Counted from the whole stretch's first letter, positions 1-13,064 are shown. The stretch: 63,444 bases of DNA, filler included, from Rhabdomonas costata (GCA_019059605.1; 39 parts of 39 records of this genome joined end to end with filler, not necessarily neighbours in it), one strand, 5' to 3'. Translations and numbers: made by a program. Notes: generated from the letters alone by a model not told the origin.

Positions 1-214
1 TGTTGTTTGGTGCTGAAAGTCACCCCGAATGGCATGCTGGAGTATTTCAGTTCCACTACCCTTACCGAACCGATCGTTGTAATGTTCCTTATTGCAATTG
101 CTAATTTTTCCGCACTGCATAGTGTTCGTCAGTCGATCAATCGAAATGGTTGAGTTTTCAAACTTTACTCGCTGTAAAACGGCAGGACAAGAGGGCTCAC
201 CACACGGCACACAG

Positions 215-1200
215 GTCGGAGGTGGTGGTGTCTTCGGCGCGATGTGTGCTGTGCGGGATCGGCGCGGACGAGACACTGGGGGGCTACGGCAGGCACCGCA
301 CCGCCTTCCACCGTCGCGCAGCCACCGCCCCCGCTCCCTCTGAAGCAGCAGCCGAGGAAGCAGAACCTGAGCCATGCCCGGAAGGAGGGCGTGCATCGGC
401 GGGCGAGGGGTTGGGCGAGGATGGGGTTGCGGTTGGGGTTGGAGTGAGGGGCTGGGCCGCTCTGGCGGCGGAGCTGGAGCGGGACTTCCAGAGGCTGTGG
501 CGGAGGAACCTTGGCCGGGATGACCGTGTGGTCTCCGACACGGGCAGAGAGGTTTGGACTACAGCGGTTTTCTTGGCCTCACATCGGCGTTTCATTTCAC
601 CGTAATCTGGGGAAAGCATTTCCAATCGGGAGCTTTTTATGGGTTTCGTGGCTTTTTGGTATGGGGGGAAGTCGATTTGCGTACCACCACAATGCCAGCA
701 ACTGATTTGTGGAAGTTCAGCGTTTTTTCTTCCTCTTTTTTTTCACCGCGTCTCCAGGATGTCCACTGGAAGGTTTGAAAACCTTTCAACAGAAATTTTT
801 GTGGCTTACCGTATCCACGCTGTGCCGGAAGCTGTTGAGATGTTTGATGATTTTTTTCTTTCCTGAAAGATTTTGACGTGAGTTTGTGGGCCTTTTATTG
901 GAACCCCTCCCGTTTCTTGTGCGCGACAGCTGCGGCTGCCCTTCCTGGACAGTGCCGTGCTGGACGTGCTACGGGGGCTCCCCTGCCCTTGATCTGCGAC
1001 CCCACCTTGGCGCCTGGCTGTGGGGACAAGGCCGTGCTGCGCGGGGTGGCCCGTGCGCTGGGGCTGTCGCGGTGCGCGGGGCTGGTGAAGCGGGCTATCC
1101 AGTTCGGGACCCGGATCGCCAACCGGAAGATCAGTGGGAAGACAGCCTTGGCGGAGCTTGGGGTGAGGGAGGGGCCGAACCCGAGGAGTAGTGGACACAG
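215..1200 (+). CDS. ASNSD1: Asparagine synthetase domain-containing protein 1, C-terminal part (partial, 2 exons, apparent 1-nt frameshift; 3' end approximate)
   Basis: Exon 215-551 encodes VLCGIGADETLGGYGRHR...ELERDFQRLWRRNLGRDDRVVSDTGRE. GT-AG intron 552-929. The exon from 930 reads LRLPFLDSAVLDVL, then shifts frame near 980-983 to PGCGDKAVLR...KRAIQFGTRIA. These are the GADE-GGY-RH, RNLGRDDR, PFLD and KRAIQFG motifs of ASNSD1/YML096W-type proteins. Confidence 0.9.
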
Positions 1201-1530
1201 AGAGAGACCTGTTGGTTGGCGGTTTGTTCGGTTGGTGGTGCTGATGTTAATGGGAAGGTGTGGTGGCCGCTACCCTAACCTCTGTTGTCCTCACTTCATA
1301 GTTTCGGTAGTGGTCCTTTGTTCTGCAGTACCTTTGCTTCAGGCATTGCACTCTTGCATCTGAGCATGCGAATGAGAGAGGGATGGAGAAGCAGAGCGGG
1401 CAAGAAGAACGGAATAAGCCTTCTACATTTGGACAGCTTCCCCAAACCCCATGTCATGCAGTCGAGATCTGGTGGAAGTTGAAGGGAGATCCTGTTTGAT
1501 CAGCGGTGGGAAATTCCGGTGCGCAAGGCC

Positions 1531-1630
1531 NNNNNNNNNNNNNNNNNNNNNNNNNNNNNNNNNNNNNNNNNNNNTTAATTAATTAANNNNNNNNNNNNNN
1601 NNNNNNNNNNNNNNNNNNNNNNNNNNNNNN
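1531..1630. other. Artificial contig spacer (first of 38): 44 N + TTAATTAATTAA + 44 N
   Basis: The same 100-nt block recurs about every 1.63 kb through 61817-61916. TTAATTAATTAA places stop codons in all six frames. Confidence 0.99.
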
Positions 1631-2938
1631 TTTTGGTTTGACCCTGTGTACAAAACATTGCACACCTGCCCTCCGCGGCTTCGGCCACGCGGCTCAACGT
1701 GTTGAACACAGGGTCAAACCGAAGAACGTCATTCAAAACTCCGAAGTGCCTGATTGGAATTAAGAATGCAGGGGGGCAAAAGCAACCTGCAGGGGTGAAA
1801 AGCCTCTTCATTATTGATAAAATATTCGACACACCCGGAGCCAACAGGAGAAGACCGTCGAAAGCGACGTCGCTTTGGACGGGGACACGAACTCCCGGAG
1901 CAGTGTGGACACCCTGCTCCATGGGGATGGAGAGGGTCCTTGCAAACTGAGCAATGAACACAGCAGCACTTCGAACCAACCAGACCTTCTGGAAGTTCTC
2001 TCGACTGGGATGGCCGCGGAGAGCTGATGTGGTGAGCTCCGCTGGAAGCCGAGGAAAAGTTCAGCCCCGTTGGGTCAGGGGAGCGGGAGCGGCTGCGAAC
2101 ACCCGCGGACGACCTCGAAGCTTCCCCACGACAGAGGAAAGAAACGCCTTCCCAGTCGGTGGAAGAACTTACATTGGCTTCCGAATCCGAGGCTCTTTCC
2201 CGGTGGCGATTTGCAGGATGGGCGTTGTGTCGCACTCCGTGGCCCCCAAATACGACAAGAGTCCCCTGTTAAAAAAGATGGTTCGTGGATTCCAATCGTT
2301 GTGAGAAAACGGAAAACGAAATGGTGCAATTGAAGTTGGGGGGGGGGGATGGCATAGGCCTCCCCCAGGTCACGTCCCCGCACCAACCGCCCGCTCCGGC
2401 CTTGGCTTTCGCCCCCAAAACTATTGCTGTCCAACTCGTCCGCCCATATCCCAGCCATTAGCGAGCCCTTAGCCAGCAGTAATTTTCAGGTGCTAAGCAA
2501 AAACAATCATATAGAGGGCACTGGCAAAGCTTACCCCCCCCCACAAAAATAAAGTTATAAAGTTTCGAGACTGCTGGTATATTCTAATTGACCGTTTTTA
2601 GTTAAATGAGCCTTAAATTAGCAAAAACAAAATTTTTTGAAGCAAGTTTTCTGTCACCACGACCCTACCCCAAAATCCCATTGGGCCAGAAAACGGAAAA
2701 GCAAAAGACTGCAGCAAAAGCGCTAGAGTACCAAAGGAGCCACGACGCGAATTCGCCGCGATGAAAACGACACATATCAGGTCAGACTCAATTCATGTTC
2801 GACACGTCAAGTTCGACGCAATTCAAATGCCTGATTTGTGCAACTGAGCGGTGTGCAAACAGCATTGTTGGCAACTGGGGCCCACAAATTCAGCGCCGAG
2901 TGATAATATGCATTGTTCAGTACGGCAGAATGGTGCAC

Positions 2939-3101
2939 CTGATAATGCACAGCTGAATGCCCGTAACGACCTTGTCCTACCCGGGGCAACACCCGCTCCC
3001 AGGTGTTCGTCTCCGAGCAGAACCGGAAAATGTGGTGGCTCAACTCGGGGGCCGACCCCCTGCAGCACAAAAGCCCTCCGAACACAAGCACCGAGAACGC
3101 A
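2939..3101 (-). CDS. Kelch-repeat exon (partial gene)
   Basis: AG/GT-bounded exon encoding VLVFGG...IFRFCSETNTWERV...GRYGHSAVHYQ, with Kelch GG, W and R-x-GHSA signatures. Confidence 0.75.
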
Positions 3102-5712
3102 CTTTCAGGCGGCCCATCGGGAGAAGCAGTGTGACTCGAATTCCGAGCGCCCCAAAAAACNNNNNNNNNNNNNNNNNNNNNNNNNNNNNNNNNNNNNNNN
3201 NNNNTTAATTAATTAANNNNNNNNNNNNNNNNNNNNNNNNNNNNNNNNNNNNNNNNNNNNTTGTGGTTGGTTGCGAAAAATGATTTCACAAATTTACAGT
3301 GTTGCTTTCTGCATCTCTGTAAATATTGCCTTCCACATGACAATTTACCAGTGTGCGCAATGGCTTAGTGGTTCAATTCCCATTTCCAGAGAGTTAAAAT
3401 CAAGAACTTCTCTAGCGTACTCCCCTCTTGTTATGGCTCAGGCAGGTCCGGTAAGAACTGAAGCGTGAGTCCTTCAGTCTCCTTAATCGGTGGCAACGTG
3501 ACAATCCAATCCACCCCCCCCCTCTCTCGTTCGTTGTGTCCTCAAGGGAAGGTAAGTCTATGGGCACAAAACAGTCGTGATCATGAGCAAAGCCGATTTG
3601 TATGGCAATATATTTAAAAGGTTAGCTGAATTCGATTTGTTTTGCATTTATCGACTTTAAAATTGATGGCGGGGAACATTTCTGAACGCGGAAAAGCAGA
3701 AACCAACAACAATCTACTGGTTTAAAGGCGTTGAGGGCATTATTCCAATTGAACTGAACCACCACAACGCGGGACAAACCTAATATGCCTTGAGCGCGCG
3801 CGGGGAACCTAAAGCGACAAGGGTATTGAACCGCACTTCCGCCTTAAATTAAACATACCCAGCGCACTGTTCGTCTTTCACCTGTTCGCTTGCTTTGTTC
3901 AACAACTATTTTGAAACAGGGGTCGGCTGCTCCGCCCCAAAATTGGGGGGCGGGATTTTCGAACAAAGCTCAAGTGCCGAAACGTTCGCCGTGGAGAACA
4001 TACGTACACCAGCGGGGGATGGCACTCACGTATATGTTTCTGTGCCTTTCTTTTTGTGTCTTGCCTTAGTTAGAAACGGCTGTGTTGAACCTGAGAACTT
4101 TACATTAGGAAAGATAATCTTTTTGGGACGGAGTTTTAAATTGCAAAAAATCGGAACAGGAATCACCAGAACCTGGTAAAACCTGATAATTTGCCGCTAC
4201 CTGGTGCCGCGTCGGCCATCAGAAAAAAAATCATGAAGAGCAACCGCGAGAAGAGCGGAATCACATTCCAGCACACCTGATGTCCACGGAGGACCTGTCT
4301 AGTCAAACGACGCTTCCATCAGAAGGCTCAACAGATTGCGGTGGGTCGAATTTGAAAACTTTTTCTTCTTTTTTAGAATTCCGCGCCGCGGGTTGAGTTC
4401 TGCACCTTTGGGGCAAGGCGAAACCCAACGTTTGCAATACTAATTGAAACTGAACACTTGTCCATCACAGGAACATGTTACCGGAGAGTGCTGCAAACTG
4501 AAAGCTCATACAAAGCGGAGCATGACGCAGAGCAGAATCGGAAACCCCGAGCTGATCACTCAGTGCTCAATGCCAGTATCTGTTCCAGGGGCAGCCGACG
4601 CAGGTTGAAGTCACTATCACCAAAATGTCCTCATGGTACCATGAAAGATACCGATCGGAAGGCGAAACCGAAAGCAACACCGAGAATTCATGATGCTTTA
4701 ATCGCACCATTTCGAGGATAAAAGGTTCAACTAAAAATCCTCCAAAAAGATAGAGAAGCGCAACTCTTTGCTTGACTCACCACCACAACNNNNNNNNNNN
4801 NNNNNNNNNNNNNNNNNNNNNNNNNNNNNNNNNTTAATTAATTAANNNNNNNNNNNNNNNNNNNNNNNNNNNNNNNNNNNNNNNNNNNNTGTTGGTAGTT
4901 CTATCTTCGGTACTCTGGCATTTTCTTCATTCTGCGCCTTCATTTTGGTTGGTAATTGTCTTTGTACCAAACGTCGTTCTCTTGTGCCCCACATGTTTCA
5001 GCACATCAACGATAGTCTGTCACATATTTGACCCAGTACGCAGCATTTATTTTCGAATGAAAAGAGCTGAAACTTCCACTATATCTTTCAATTACACTCA
5101 TTTATCTATGCCATTTAATCTATCTACGCAATCAGATCCATTTTCTTCCTAATCCTCTCTCATCACCGCCTCTTTTGTGTTTTTGTTAACTTATTTGCTA
5201 GACAGCAATTTTGCTCGCTCATCTCTATCACATTGCTGAGTACACTTTATCGTGGTTTATTTATCTCATTGTGGTTGAAATATATTTATCACTACTTAAT
5301 TATCGTTCATATTATTGACACTTCCCACATCACCGGAACTTTTTATCGACACCGCCACACAAACTCCAGTTGAGATAGCTCATGGAGTGAAAACAGCATG
5401 CAGGCAGTGCTGCAGCCACCACAAGACCTACACAAGACTCCGAGGTCCAGCTTGATATAAGTGTTCACTTTTTTGTGAAAGCATATGCATTTAGTGACAC
5501 AGTTTCTTTTGCAAAGGCCATCAGTTTGCAGGAGCAACTCTTTCTAACCACATCTCCGTCACAATTCTGACTCCAAGCTGGCACGGGCACGTGCACCACA
5601 CTTGCCTGGATCCACTTAAGATTCGGAGGGGATGTAGGAAACAAGAGGGGGGAGAAATAATAGGGGAATAATAATCCACCACCCCCATCAGATAACATAG
5701 CCTAATAGCCTA

Positions 5713-5780
5713 ATTATGTGGACCACTGTATCAAGTGATTTATGTGGACCCACTATATCAAATGTATTCTGTGGACCCCC
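5713..5780 (+). repeat. About 3 degenerate tandem copies of a ~26-nt unit (TTATGTGGACCACTRTATCAA)
   Basis: ttatgtggaccactgtatcaa / ttatgtggacccactatatcaa / ttctgtggacccc, located upstream of the Merlin-like ORF. Confidence 0.7.
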
Positions 5781-5969
5781 TGTTTTCGGTGTATTTTTAG
5801 GTCCCAAGGTTTCACAGGCATGAAAATACATTGGCAAGTTTTGTGTCCCACGTTCTTCTGTGTACTTCACGTACACAGGCTTTCTTTGAAATTAATAACG
5901 CGGAGATGAGGAGATTTCCTGTGGCGAGGCAAAATAAAGTAAATATATACCCGCAAACCACCATTTACG

Positions 5970-6365
5970 ATGAAAAAAGAGAAAATGACCGCTAAAGACT
6001 GTTCTATGGTTTTCTTCGCGTCAATGGAAGAAGAAGCTCCAATCAAATACTTGCAAGCAATAGGAATACTGAAGGAACAGAAGTCTTGTGAGACGTGCAA
6101 GCAGGAGCTAATACTTCAGGAAAAAGAATAAAGAATGCGCTACCGATGCCCGGTGCAAAAGATGGCAAAACGTGCGGCAGCAAGCTTGATCTGAAGTCGC
6201 TCATGGCCATCACGTACCTGATATGATGTGCTCGCGCTGATTGGAATATTGACGAAGTGCGCTGTCAAGTGGTTTCTGCGTCTGCGCCACATCGTTCGAG
6301 TTAATGTAGAGCGAGCTCAAGAACAAGTTGGGGGTGCAGGCAAGATAATCGAGTTAGGAAGAGGT
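5970..6365 (+). mobile_element. Decayed Merlin / IS1595(ISXO2)-like DNA transposase, N-terminal half
   Basis: Intronless reading interrupted by stops and frameshifts: IKYLQAIGILKEQKSCETCKQELIL...*RMRYRCP (Zn ribbon), SKLDLKSLMAITYL, then AVKWFLRLRHIV...QVGGAGKIIEL, which resembles the Merlin IGGPGxIVEIDES motif. The catalytic D is not seen. Confidence 0.65.
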
Positions 6366-6656
6366 ACAGAGTATGTTGCGCGTGGTGGGGCTCCGACCAC
6401 CCGCTCCCCCCACCCCCACNNNNNNNNNNNNNNNNNNNNNNNNNNNNNNNNNNNNNNNNNNNNTTAATTAATTAANNNNNNNNNNNNNNNNNNNNNNNNN
6501 NNNNNNNNNNNNNNNNNNNGTGGGTGTGGGAGTATAGATGTATAAGAAAGTTGTATCACTTTGACACCTGCCAATTAGATAGTCTGCTGCCCCGTTCTCC
6601 TCTTGACGCACATCGATTGTTTCAATGGGATTGGGCAGACAGGGTGTAGAGCGGAC

Positions 6657-7853
6657 GCGGGCCTTGTCCAGGACTGTGGCGAACACGCGGTCAAAGAACG
6701 AGAGCTCGCCCTCCCGCGGCGCCGCGGTGCCCGCAGGGGCCGGTCCGAGAATCTCCTTGGACCACTCCATCTCCTTCGTCAGCTTCAGAATCTGCGCGTT
6801 GACCACGTTGAGCACGAAGTTGGCGTCGTCGAGGCTGTCCCCGGCATCCGCGAAGGCTAGAAGAATGGGGTCGGTGGAGTAGTCCTCGATGCACTGCCGC
6901 AGGGTCATAAAGTTCCCTGTGGGAGGGAGCGGGGTACACGCACTTTGATAGCATGGTGATAAACACAGAGACATGAGAAAGCCCACAATGGCTGACGTTC
7001 TGGGAAGGCCCAAAGGACTTAAAAAACTTCTCGTCAAGGTTGTCAGCGGTTACCGTTGGTCATCTGGTATTCAAAATCAACTTCAGCGGGAGCAGGATAA
7101 CATAATATCATTACCATGCTGTTGTTTCAGTATAAGGTATTATAAGGTAAACTGCAATGACGCAACCCAGATTTTTCCGAAATGAGCCCTCGGACCGTTG
7201 AGGATCTCATTGCCGGTAAATCTTCTCTCTCGGAATTCCCGGGGACATGTGCATCGTCAGAGTACTGGGCTACAGCGCCCTCTTCACCCAACACACACTT
7301 ACACACAGACCGCACGCACCGACACACTCTCTGCGGTGGGACCACGCAGGGGGACTGGGAGGGCAAGGTGGCCATGGTTCACAGCGAGGACATTCTCTCT
7401 GACATGTAAAAGCCCTCGCTCTGTGCGAAAGAGTGAGTGTGAGTTTAGGAGACCACGGTGTCGCGGCTGGCGAATCATTGGTGGAGCTGGATTTCGCAGT
7501 GGTTCACTGTAAAGTGTCCTCCTGTCCAGTGGGAAATCTTAAAGTTTTCTTCTTTGACATAGGGGCAGTTGTGACTTTTGCCAAACCTCGCTGGGTGGTG
7601 GCCAAATCATGGATCTGCAAACAAAAAGACAGAGAGGGGGAGGAAAGCAGGCCGTGTAGAAACCCTTGGATTTAGCCATCTTCTCCCCGTCGACCAAGAT
7701 GTGGCCGTTGCAGAAGATCGACCTGGGCCAGTGGTGGGGCGGGAAGATCGCGGCGTGATTGTACAGGCACATCGTCAGGTGGTTCTGGATCAGGTCCTTG
7801 CCCGAGCACCGCAGGTCCATGGGATACCAGTACTCGAACTCCGCCCGCATCCG
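6657..7853 (-). CDS. LARS1: Leucyl-tRNA synthetase, cytosolic/eukaryotic type (partial, 2 exons)
   Basis: Exon 7853-7664 encodes [29 protein letters not shown]...[19 protein letters not shown] intron 7663-6917. Exon 6916-6657 encodes [16 protein letters not shown]...[12 protein letters not shown]. The splice rebuilds KMAKSKGNF in frame. Confidence 0.96.
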
Positions 7854-7879
7854 CTGTGGCCATTTGTGCACGTGCATCC

Positions 7880-7945
7880 GTGTGTGCGTGTTTGTGTGTG
7901 TGTGTGTGTGTGTTTGTTTATTTGTGTGTGTGTGTGTGTGTGTGG
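7880..7945. repeat. (GT)n/(CA)n microsatellite in the LeuRS intron
   Basis: Interrupted GT dinucleotide run. Confidence 0.9.
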
Positions 7946-8198
7946 ATGGGCACGGCGCACACTCTCACCCCAATGCCCGTCGTGTCGTCCAGCACGAACA
8001 GCAGCACCGTGAACGCGCCAAAAAACCAACAGGTGTGCAGAACCCCCACAANNNNNNNNNNNNNNNNNNNNNNNNNNNNNNNNNNNNNNNNNNNNTTAAT
8101 TAATTAANNNNNNNNNNNNNNNNNNNNNNNNNNNNNNNNNNNNNNNNNNNNCTATTCTTGTATCATTTTGTGGGCCCAGCGCCTTTTTCCTCCAAAAG

Positions 8199-9221
8199 GT
8201 GATGTTTAAGTGCAGCAAGCTGGTGCCGGTGATGCTCGTTGGGGTTTTCATGCTACGCAAGAGATACAAACCCTTGGACTACGGGGTATGCAGTTGTTTG
8301 TGTATGTGTGTGTCCCGCTTCCTGGTCCCGCTTGTCCTGTATTGTTGTTGGCTTAGTTATCTTTCGAGGTTTGGTCGACACTGCCCCGCAAGCTTCAAAC
8401 CCAAAACAGAACTTTATGTTACAGCAGAACCAAGATGTGATTATGAGGTGAAAAGTGGGGATATCTTTTTGAAGAGGAGTGTTACTTTTGCCTGGCACGC
8501 TGAGTGCCGCTCTTACTTTCTCTTCGGCGGGACTCCATTTGGTGCTTTTCGGATCGTACATGTACACGAACCCTTCCCTTCCCTTGTCTTGTCGCCCCCC
8601 CCCCTATGTCGGAACCTTCTTGCCCAAGGGCGTCTTTTCAGTCTTTGCCTTTGTGCTTTGTGATTCCTGGCTGCACCCACGGCACAGGACAGCGTGGCTA
8701 GGGACGGTAGATGCCGCCGAAAGTTGGGTGTTGCGCGCGGGTCACTGTGTGGGATGCGAAAGGCGGTCAGCGAACGTGTCAGCACTGGAGAGCCGCGGAG
8801 GAGGGATCGACGAAATGGAAAGATTGTGCGTGGTTAACGGTGGCGCCAATCCGGAAGACCGAATGTCGCACGGTGAGCGGTGGGTTGCCACGCGGCGGGA
8901 GTGGAATGACATCTGTCTCTCCTCTCATTTGGTGGGCAAGATCTGGACCTGGAAAATAATTGGCCTGAATTGAACAGAAAATGAATTCGCGTCTGCTGGC
9001 GATCGAGCTGAGATGTCGGACGTCTCTCTGACTGCCGCCGCTTTGTGGGCAGGCTTCCTTCCTGATCACCGTGGGGCTGATTTTGCTCTCCGTGGCGGAC
9101 CACAATGTCTCCCCGAATTTCAACGTCACTGGGGTGACGATCATCTCTGGGGCCCTGGCGGCGGACGCGATCATTGGAAACCTCCAGGAGATGCTCTACC
9201 GGGATTACAGCCCCACAGAAG
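8199..9221 (+). CDS. SLC35B3: UAA-family nucleotide-sugar/PAPS transporter, PAPST2-like (partial, 2 exons)
   Basis: Exon 8199-8285 encodes VMFKCSKLVPVMLVGVFMLRKRYKPLDYG. Intron 8286-9052 (GT-AG). Exon 9053-9221 encodes ASFLITVGLILLSVADHNVSPNFNVTGVTIISGALAADAIIGNLQE. FKxxKLxPVM, SPNF and DAxIGNxQE are PAPST2-type motifs. Confidence 0.88.
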
Positions 9222-11736
9222 GTGTGTTCCCTCTCCCTCCTCGTACTCCCCGCACACAGAATCTGAGAAGGGGGACCAGCGTCAGCGAACTTAATTCGCA
9301 GCCACCAGAGCACTTACTCAGGGATATGAAGAGACGGTGTGAGAACTTTCTCGCAGTTTATGCGGTAGACTTTGTTTTACCCAACGGTGGAAGGTGTGCC
9401 TAAGATTCCGGATTTCTTCGAAGAAGAGACGAGATCCGCCTAGCTTTGACAAAGTTCTTTGCTGAGTACAATCTGGTTGGTACCAGCAACAGCAACATTC
9501 AGTCATGCGGGTTGCCGCCGTCACTCCAGAGGATGAAAGCTCAACCTGTGACAACGGTTTGGTTTCTTACAGTAAAGCCACTCCCGAACCCCCGACGTTC
9601 CCTCTTTCCACAACCTTTCTTCATCACAGAACTTCACTGCATTCTTGAGTTAGCCCCACACAACCAACCACACCCACCACANNNNNNNNNNNNNNNNNNN
9701 NNNNNNNNNNNNNNNNNNNNNNNNNTTAATTAATTAANNNNNNNNNNNNNNNNNNNNNNNNNNNNNNNNNNNNNNNNNNNNGGTTGTGTTGGCAGACACG
9801 CGATGTTTTAAATAAGGTAAATTACTTCCCGAGACTCAGAATTTAGTATGTTACGATTCCAATTGAAGCCCTGGGAATGCTATATGCCGCTGGTCTGGTC
9901 TGGATGCACACGCTATGTTTTAAACGTTTGCATGCTACTGAGGCTAAAAAGCACGTGTTCTGAGTTTACGGTGTAACGTACTATAGGATTACGTGTAGGG
10001 GTTTTTCAAACTGCGATGTGACGGCTGACGTCTCCAAATGGCTGTGGGCTCAGACGGTGCCTGATGGCGTTTCGGCAAAAACCCAATGTCTCCAACGTAC
10101 CTGGCGGGTGCATTCCAACTCACTTCATACATCTTTCGGTGACACTTCCCTTTTATCTTTGCTTTCTCTTTTCCCCGCGCTGCGCTTTGCCATCGTCTTC
10201 AGCAGGATGGTTATATGGTCCCGTGACTCCCCCAGCCATCTTGAATCGCACCCATATCAAGGAAAGGTCTTGTTTTGTGCTGCTACGCACGCACACACAC
10301 CACAGGCGCGAGAAAATTTCGATTTTTGCACCCAGCGGGAACGCTGCCACATCGCGCATGCGGGTTGTGTGAGTTGTGTGAGTCCTCTCACGGGTAGGTT
10401 TTCTGCTTGGGAAGCACAAAACAGCGGAAAAAAAAAGAAGAATTCTGTGGTTCTGAGTTTACATTATAACGTACTTTAGTAAGTAGGATTGGTGCCCAGC
10501 CCCCCCCTCTCACGGCAACAGTGATGTTATAAATCGTTCACAGAAGCAGATGTAAACTTTTAGCCCACCGAAAATGCTTTCTCCGCGCATCATTGATACA
10601 TACACTTTCGGTCATACGAATATTTATCAATATCTGAACTCACCAAAAGGTCCCTCCTGTAGCCCGGTGGGTTGGGCCCCGGCCCTCCCTGGCTCTGAAT
10701 TTGCGGTGCGGAGGGCACTGCGCCACCACTGGGAGGGCCTCCGTCGTTCGTGCTGGGGCTGTGGGGTGGGCGGACTGGCGGAAAGGCTGGGTACTTCCGC
10801 TGGGAGGCGGCGTTGGCTTCGGCGCGGAGCGAGGCGGCGTCGATGCGCCGCTTTGCCTGGAGGTGGACCTGGTGGCCGTCCTGCCACTCCGATTCCGAAA
10901 GCGAGCTCTGTCGTTCATGGTGCGGAACTTCTTCCCCCTTTCCCCTCCTTTTCTGTTTTTGAGCTGTACACAGCGCGTGGCTCACACTTGACTCGTGGAC
11001 CATACTTACCTCCACTCCCTATATGTTCGTCGTTGGGCCCACCGGTACCAAATTTCGCTCTCACCTGCATCCCCATACAACCATTGTGTCCTCCGTTTCG
11101 TCCCCCTATCCCCCGAAAAGTCAATGATAGGTCTACTTGTTGTCCCAACGTGGGCACATTGATCCACGAGGGGAAGAGGGTACAGGGATACAGAATTTGC
11201 CGATTTCTTTTGGATCCTTTTTAATATGCCTAATGTTGCTTTGTTTTCCGCACAACCCACTTTCACGAAAAGGGCGAACGTCATGGAACGTGTACTTGTC
11301 CACACAACACCNNNNNNNNNNNNNNNNNNNNNNNNNNNNNNNNNNNNNNNNNNNNTTAATTAATTAANNNNNNNNNNNNNNNNNNNNNNNNNNNNNNNNN
11401 NNNNNNNNNNNGTTGTTTGGTGGGATCGGTCATCAGCTTCTTCTGCAGGTTAGGGGGTCGACCCACTACAGTGAGGAGGTTTAAAAGTATGCGCACACAC
11501 ACACACCCACGAACGGGGAGGAGAGCAGCACTTCCCCCGTGGATAGACAAACAGTGCTGCTTCCTCAAAGCAGAAACAGGATCCAGAAAAGCACTGCAGA
11601 GCGCGGTCCGCAACATTTCGGCACACAAAGCAATGGGTTACGAGTATTTGGGACCCGGTATTCCACCGTTATTTTCCCAGTTCTGAAGAAAGCAAACATT
11701 TGCGCTCCGAAAGCGCACAATAGCTGATATTCAGAG

Positions 11737-11788
11737 AAGAGGGGCTTCACTACAAGGGGGGCTTCGCTGTAAGAGGGGCTTCACTGCT
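11737..11788 (+). repeat. 3 tandem copies of an ~18-nt unit (AAGRGGGGCTTCRCT)
   Basis: aagaggggcttcact / aaggggggcttcgct / aagaggggcttcact. Confidence 0.8.
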
Positions 11789-12916
11789 GGAAGATGTGTA
11801 CATAGACACTACGGCATAATTCTTTGACTCAGATGTGTGAACCATCCCGTATCGCTGCTCTTTTTGGCGCTTAGCAAGGGCTCTAGAAAATCGGCGTGCA
11901 CGTGAGTGTGTGTCCAGAAACGTTTATAACATTACTAGATGAGAAATAATGTTGAACCGTAACCAACAAACCCCAAAAAAGTGAGTTGTTTCTAGTCAAG
12001 ATTTCAAGAGCGCGGCGCGTCCTGATTTTAGTTTCCATTCACAATTGGCCATAAGGAATCACTCACGCAATTGACACTTCAGCCACCGCCTGGTCTCTCC
12101 ACCTTCCAAACAATGATCGGAGCCGGTAGTTGGACTCGCTCACAGGGACAAACTTCAAATTCACAACAAAACACAGGAAAAAAGTTCAAACCCGAGCACA
12201 CAAGAAAAAGGGAAACCAGTGTGCGCCTTCCAGAATCTTCACCCCCCCCTCGACAACACAGCAACGAAAGGCACTAGCATTCTCTCTCAAGTGGAAGGGC
12301 AAAAAATGGCTGCAACAGTGGGTAATGATGTAGGTAGCGGGTGGGTGTACGGGAAGTTGAAGAGTACAGCAAAGAGGGCCAGGATGAGGGGGGCAAAAAG
12401 CTTGCGAGGCGACATTTGCAAAGAAGAAGCAGGAGGTGTGCATCCCGGCGTAGTGCATGCGCCGGGAAGACTCGCAGATGGGGAGATGGGATGGAATGGG
12501 AGGGCCAGCGGCCTTCCCCAGAAAACGGGCAAAAAAAAGCCAAAGCACGAAAGAAACCAGAAATAAGTCAACATTGAAAGACTGAAGCCCACAGCCGAGC
12601 ACGATTGCACCATGTCACACTCCGACGTGCGTGTGCGGGTAGCATGCCGTGAGGAGTTGATAGATAAAGGGGACAAATAGCGGATGCGAACTAAATCGCA
12701 CGCACCAGAATATGTGGAAGACTGCCCCGATTTATCCTTATCATTCGCCGGTCCCTGATTACAAAAGTAGAGTTAAGCTCACCTCTGCAGGGGTTGGGGC
12801 CCACCGAACCATCTCAGCATCGGATCATTTCACGTTGGATCACAAAGACAACAGCGGATAACACAAGCACATTATCTTTCACAGAAATATCCTGTTCGGC
12901 ATCCGAAATCTGCGCA

Positions 12917-12919
<3 letters not shown>

Positions 12920-12956
<37 letters not shown>
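12920..12956. repeat. (GT)n microsatellite at contig end
   Basis: A perfect GT run ends the contig. Confidence 0.95.
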
Positions 12957-13064
12957 NNNNNNNNNNNNNNNNNNNNNNNNNNNNNNNNNNNNNNNNNNNN
13001 TTAATTAATTAANNNNNNNNNNNNNNNNNNNNNNNNNNNNNNNNNNNNNNNNNNNNGGTTTGGG

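Noticed and set aside
552-929. Euglenid-type non-conventional (base-paired, non-GT-AG) introns
   Set aside because: This intron and the others I reconstructed use GT-AG (one GC-AG), and I saw no clear end-to-end pairing in this one.
990-992. Stop-codon reassignment (alternative genetic code)
   Set aside because: Conserved exons contain no in-frame stops and use TGG for Trp. This TGA is explained by a frameshift, and the other stops lie in decayed elements.
10650-10900. GC-rich coding-like segment faintly resembling the end of a MATH domain
   Set aside because: The resemblance needs frameshifts and no single frame is convincing.
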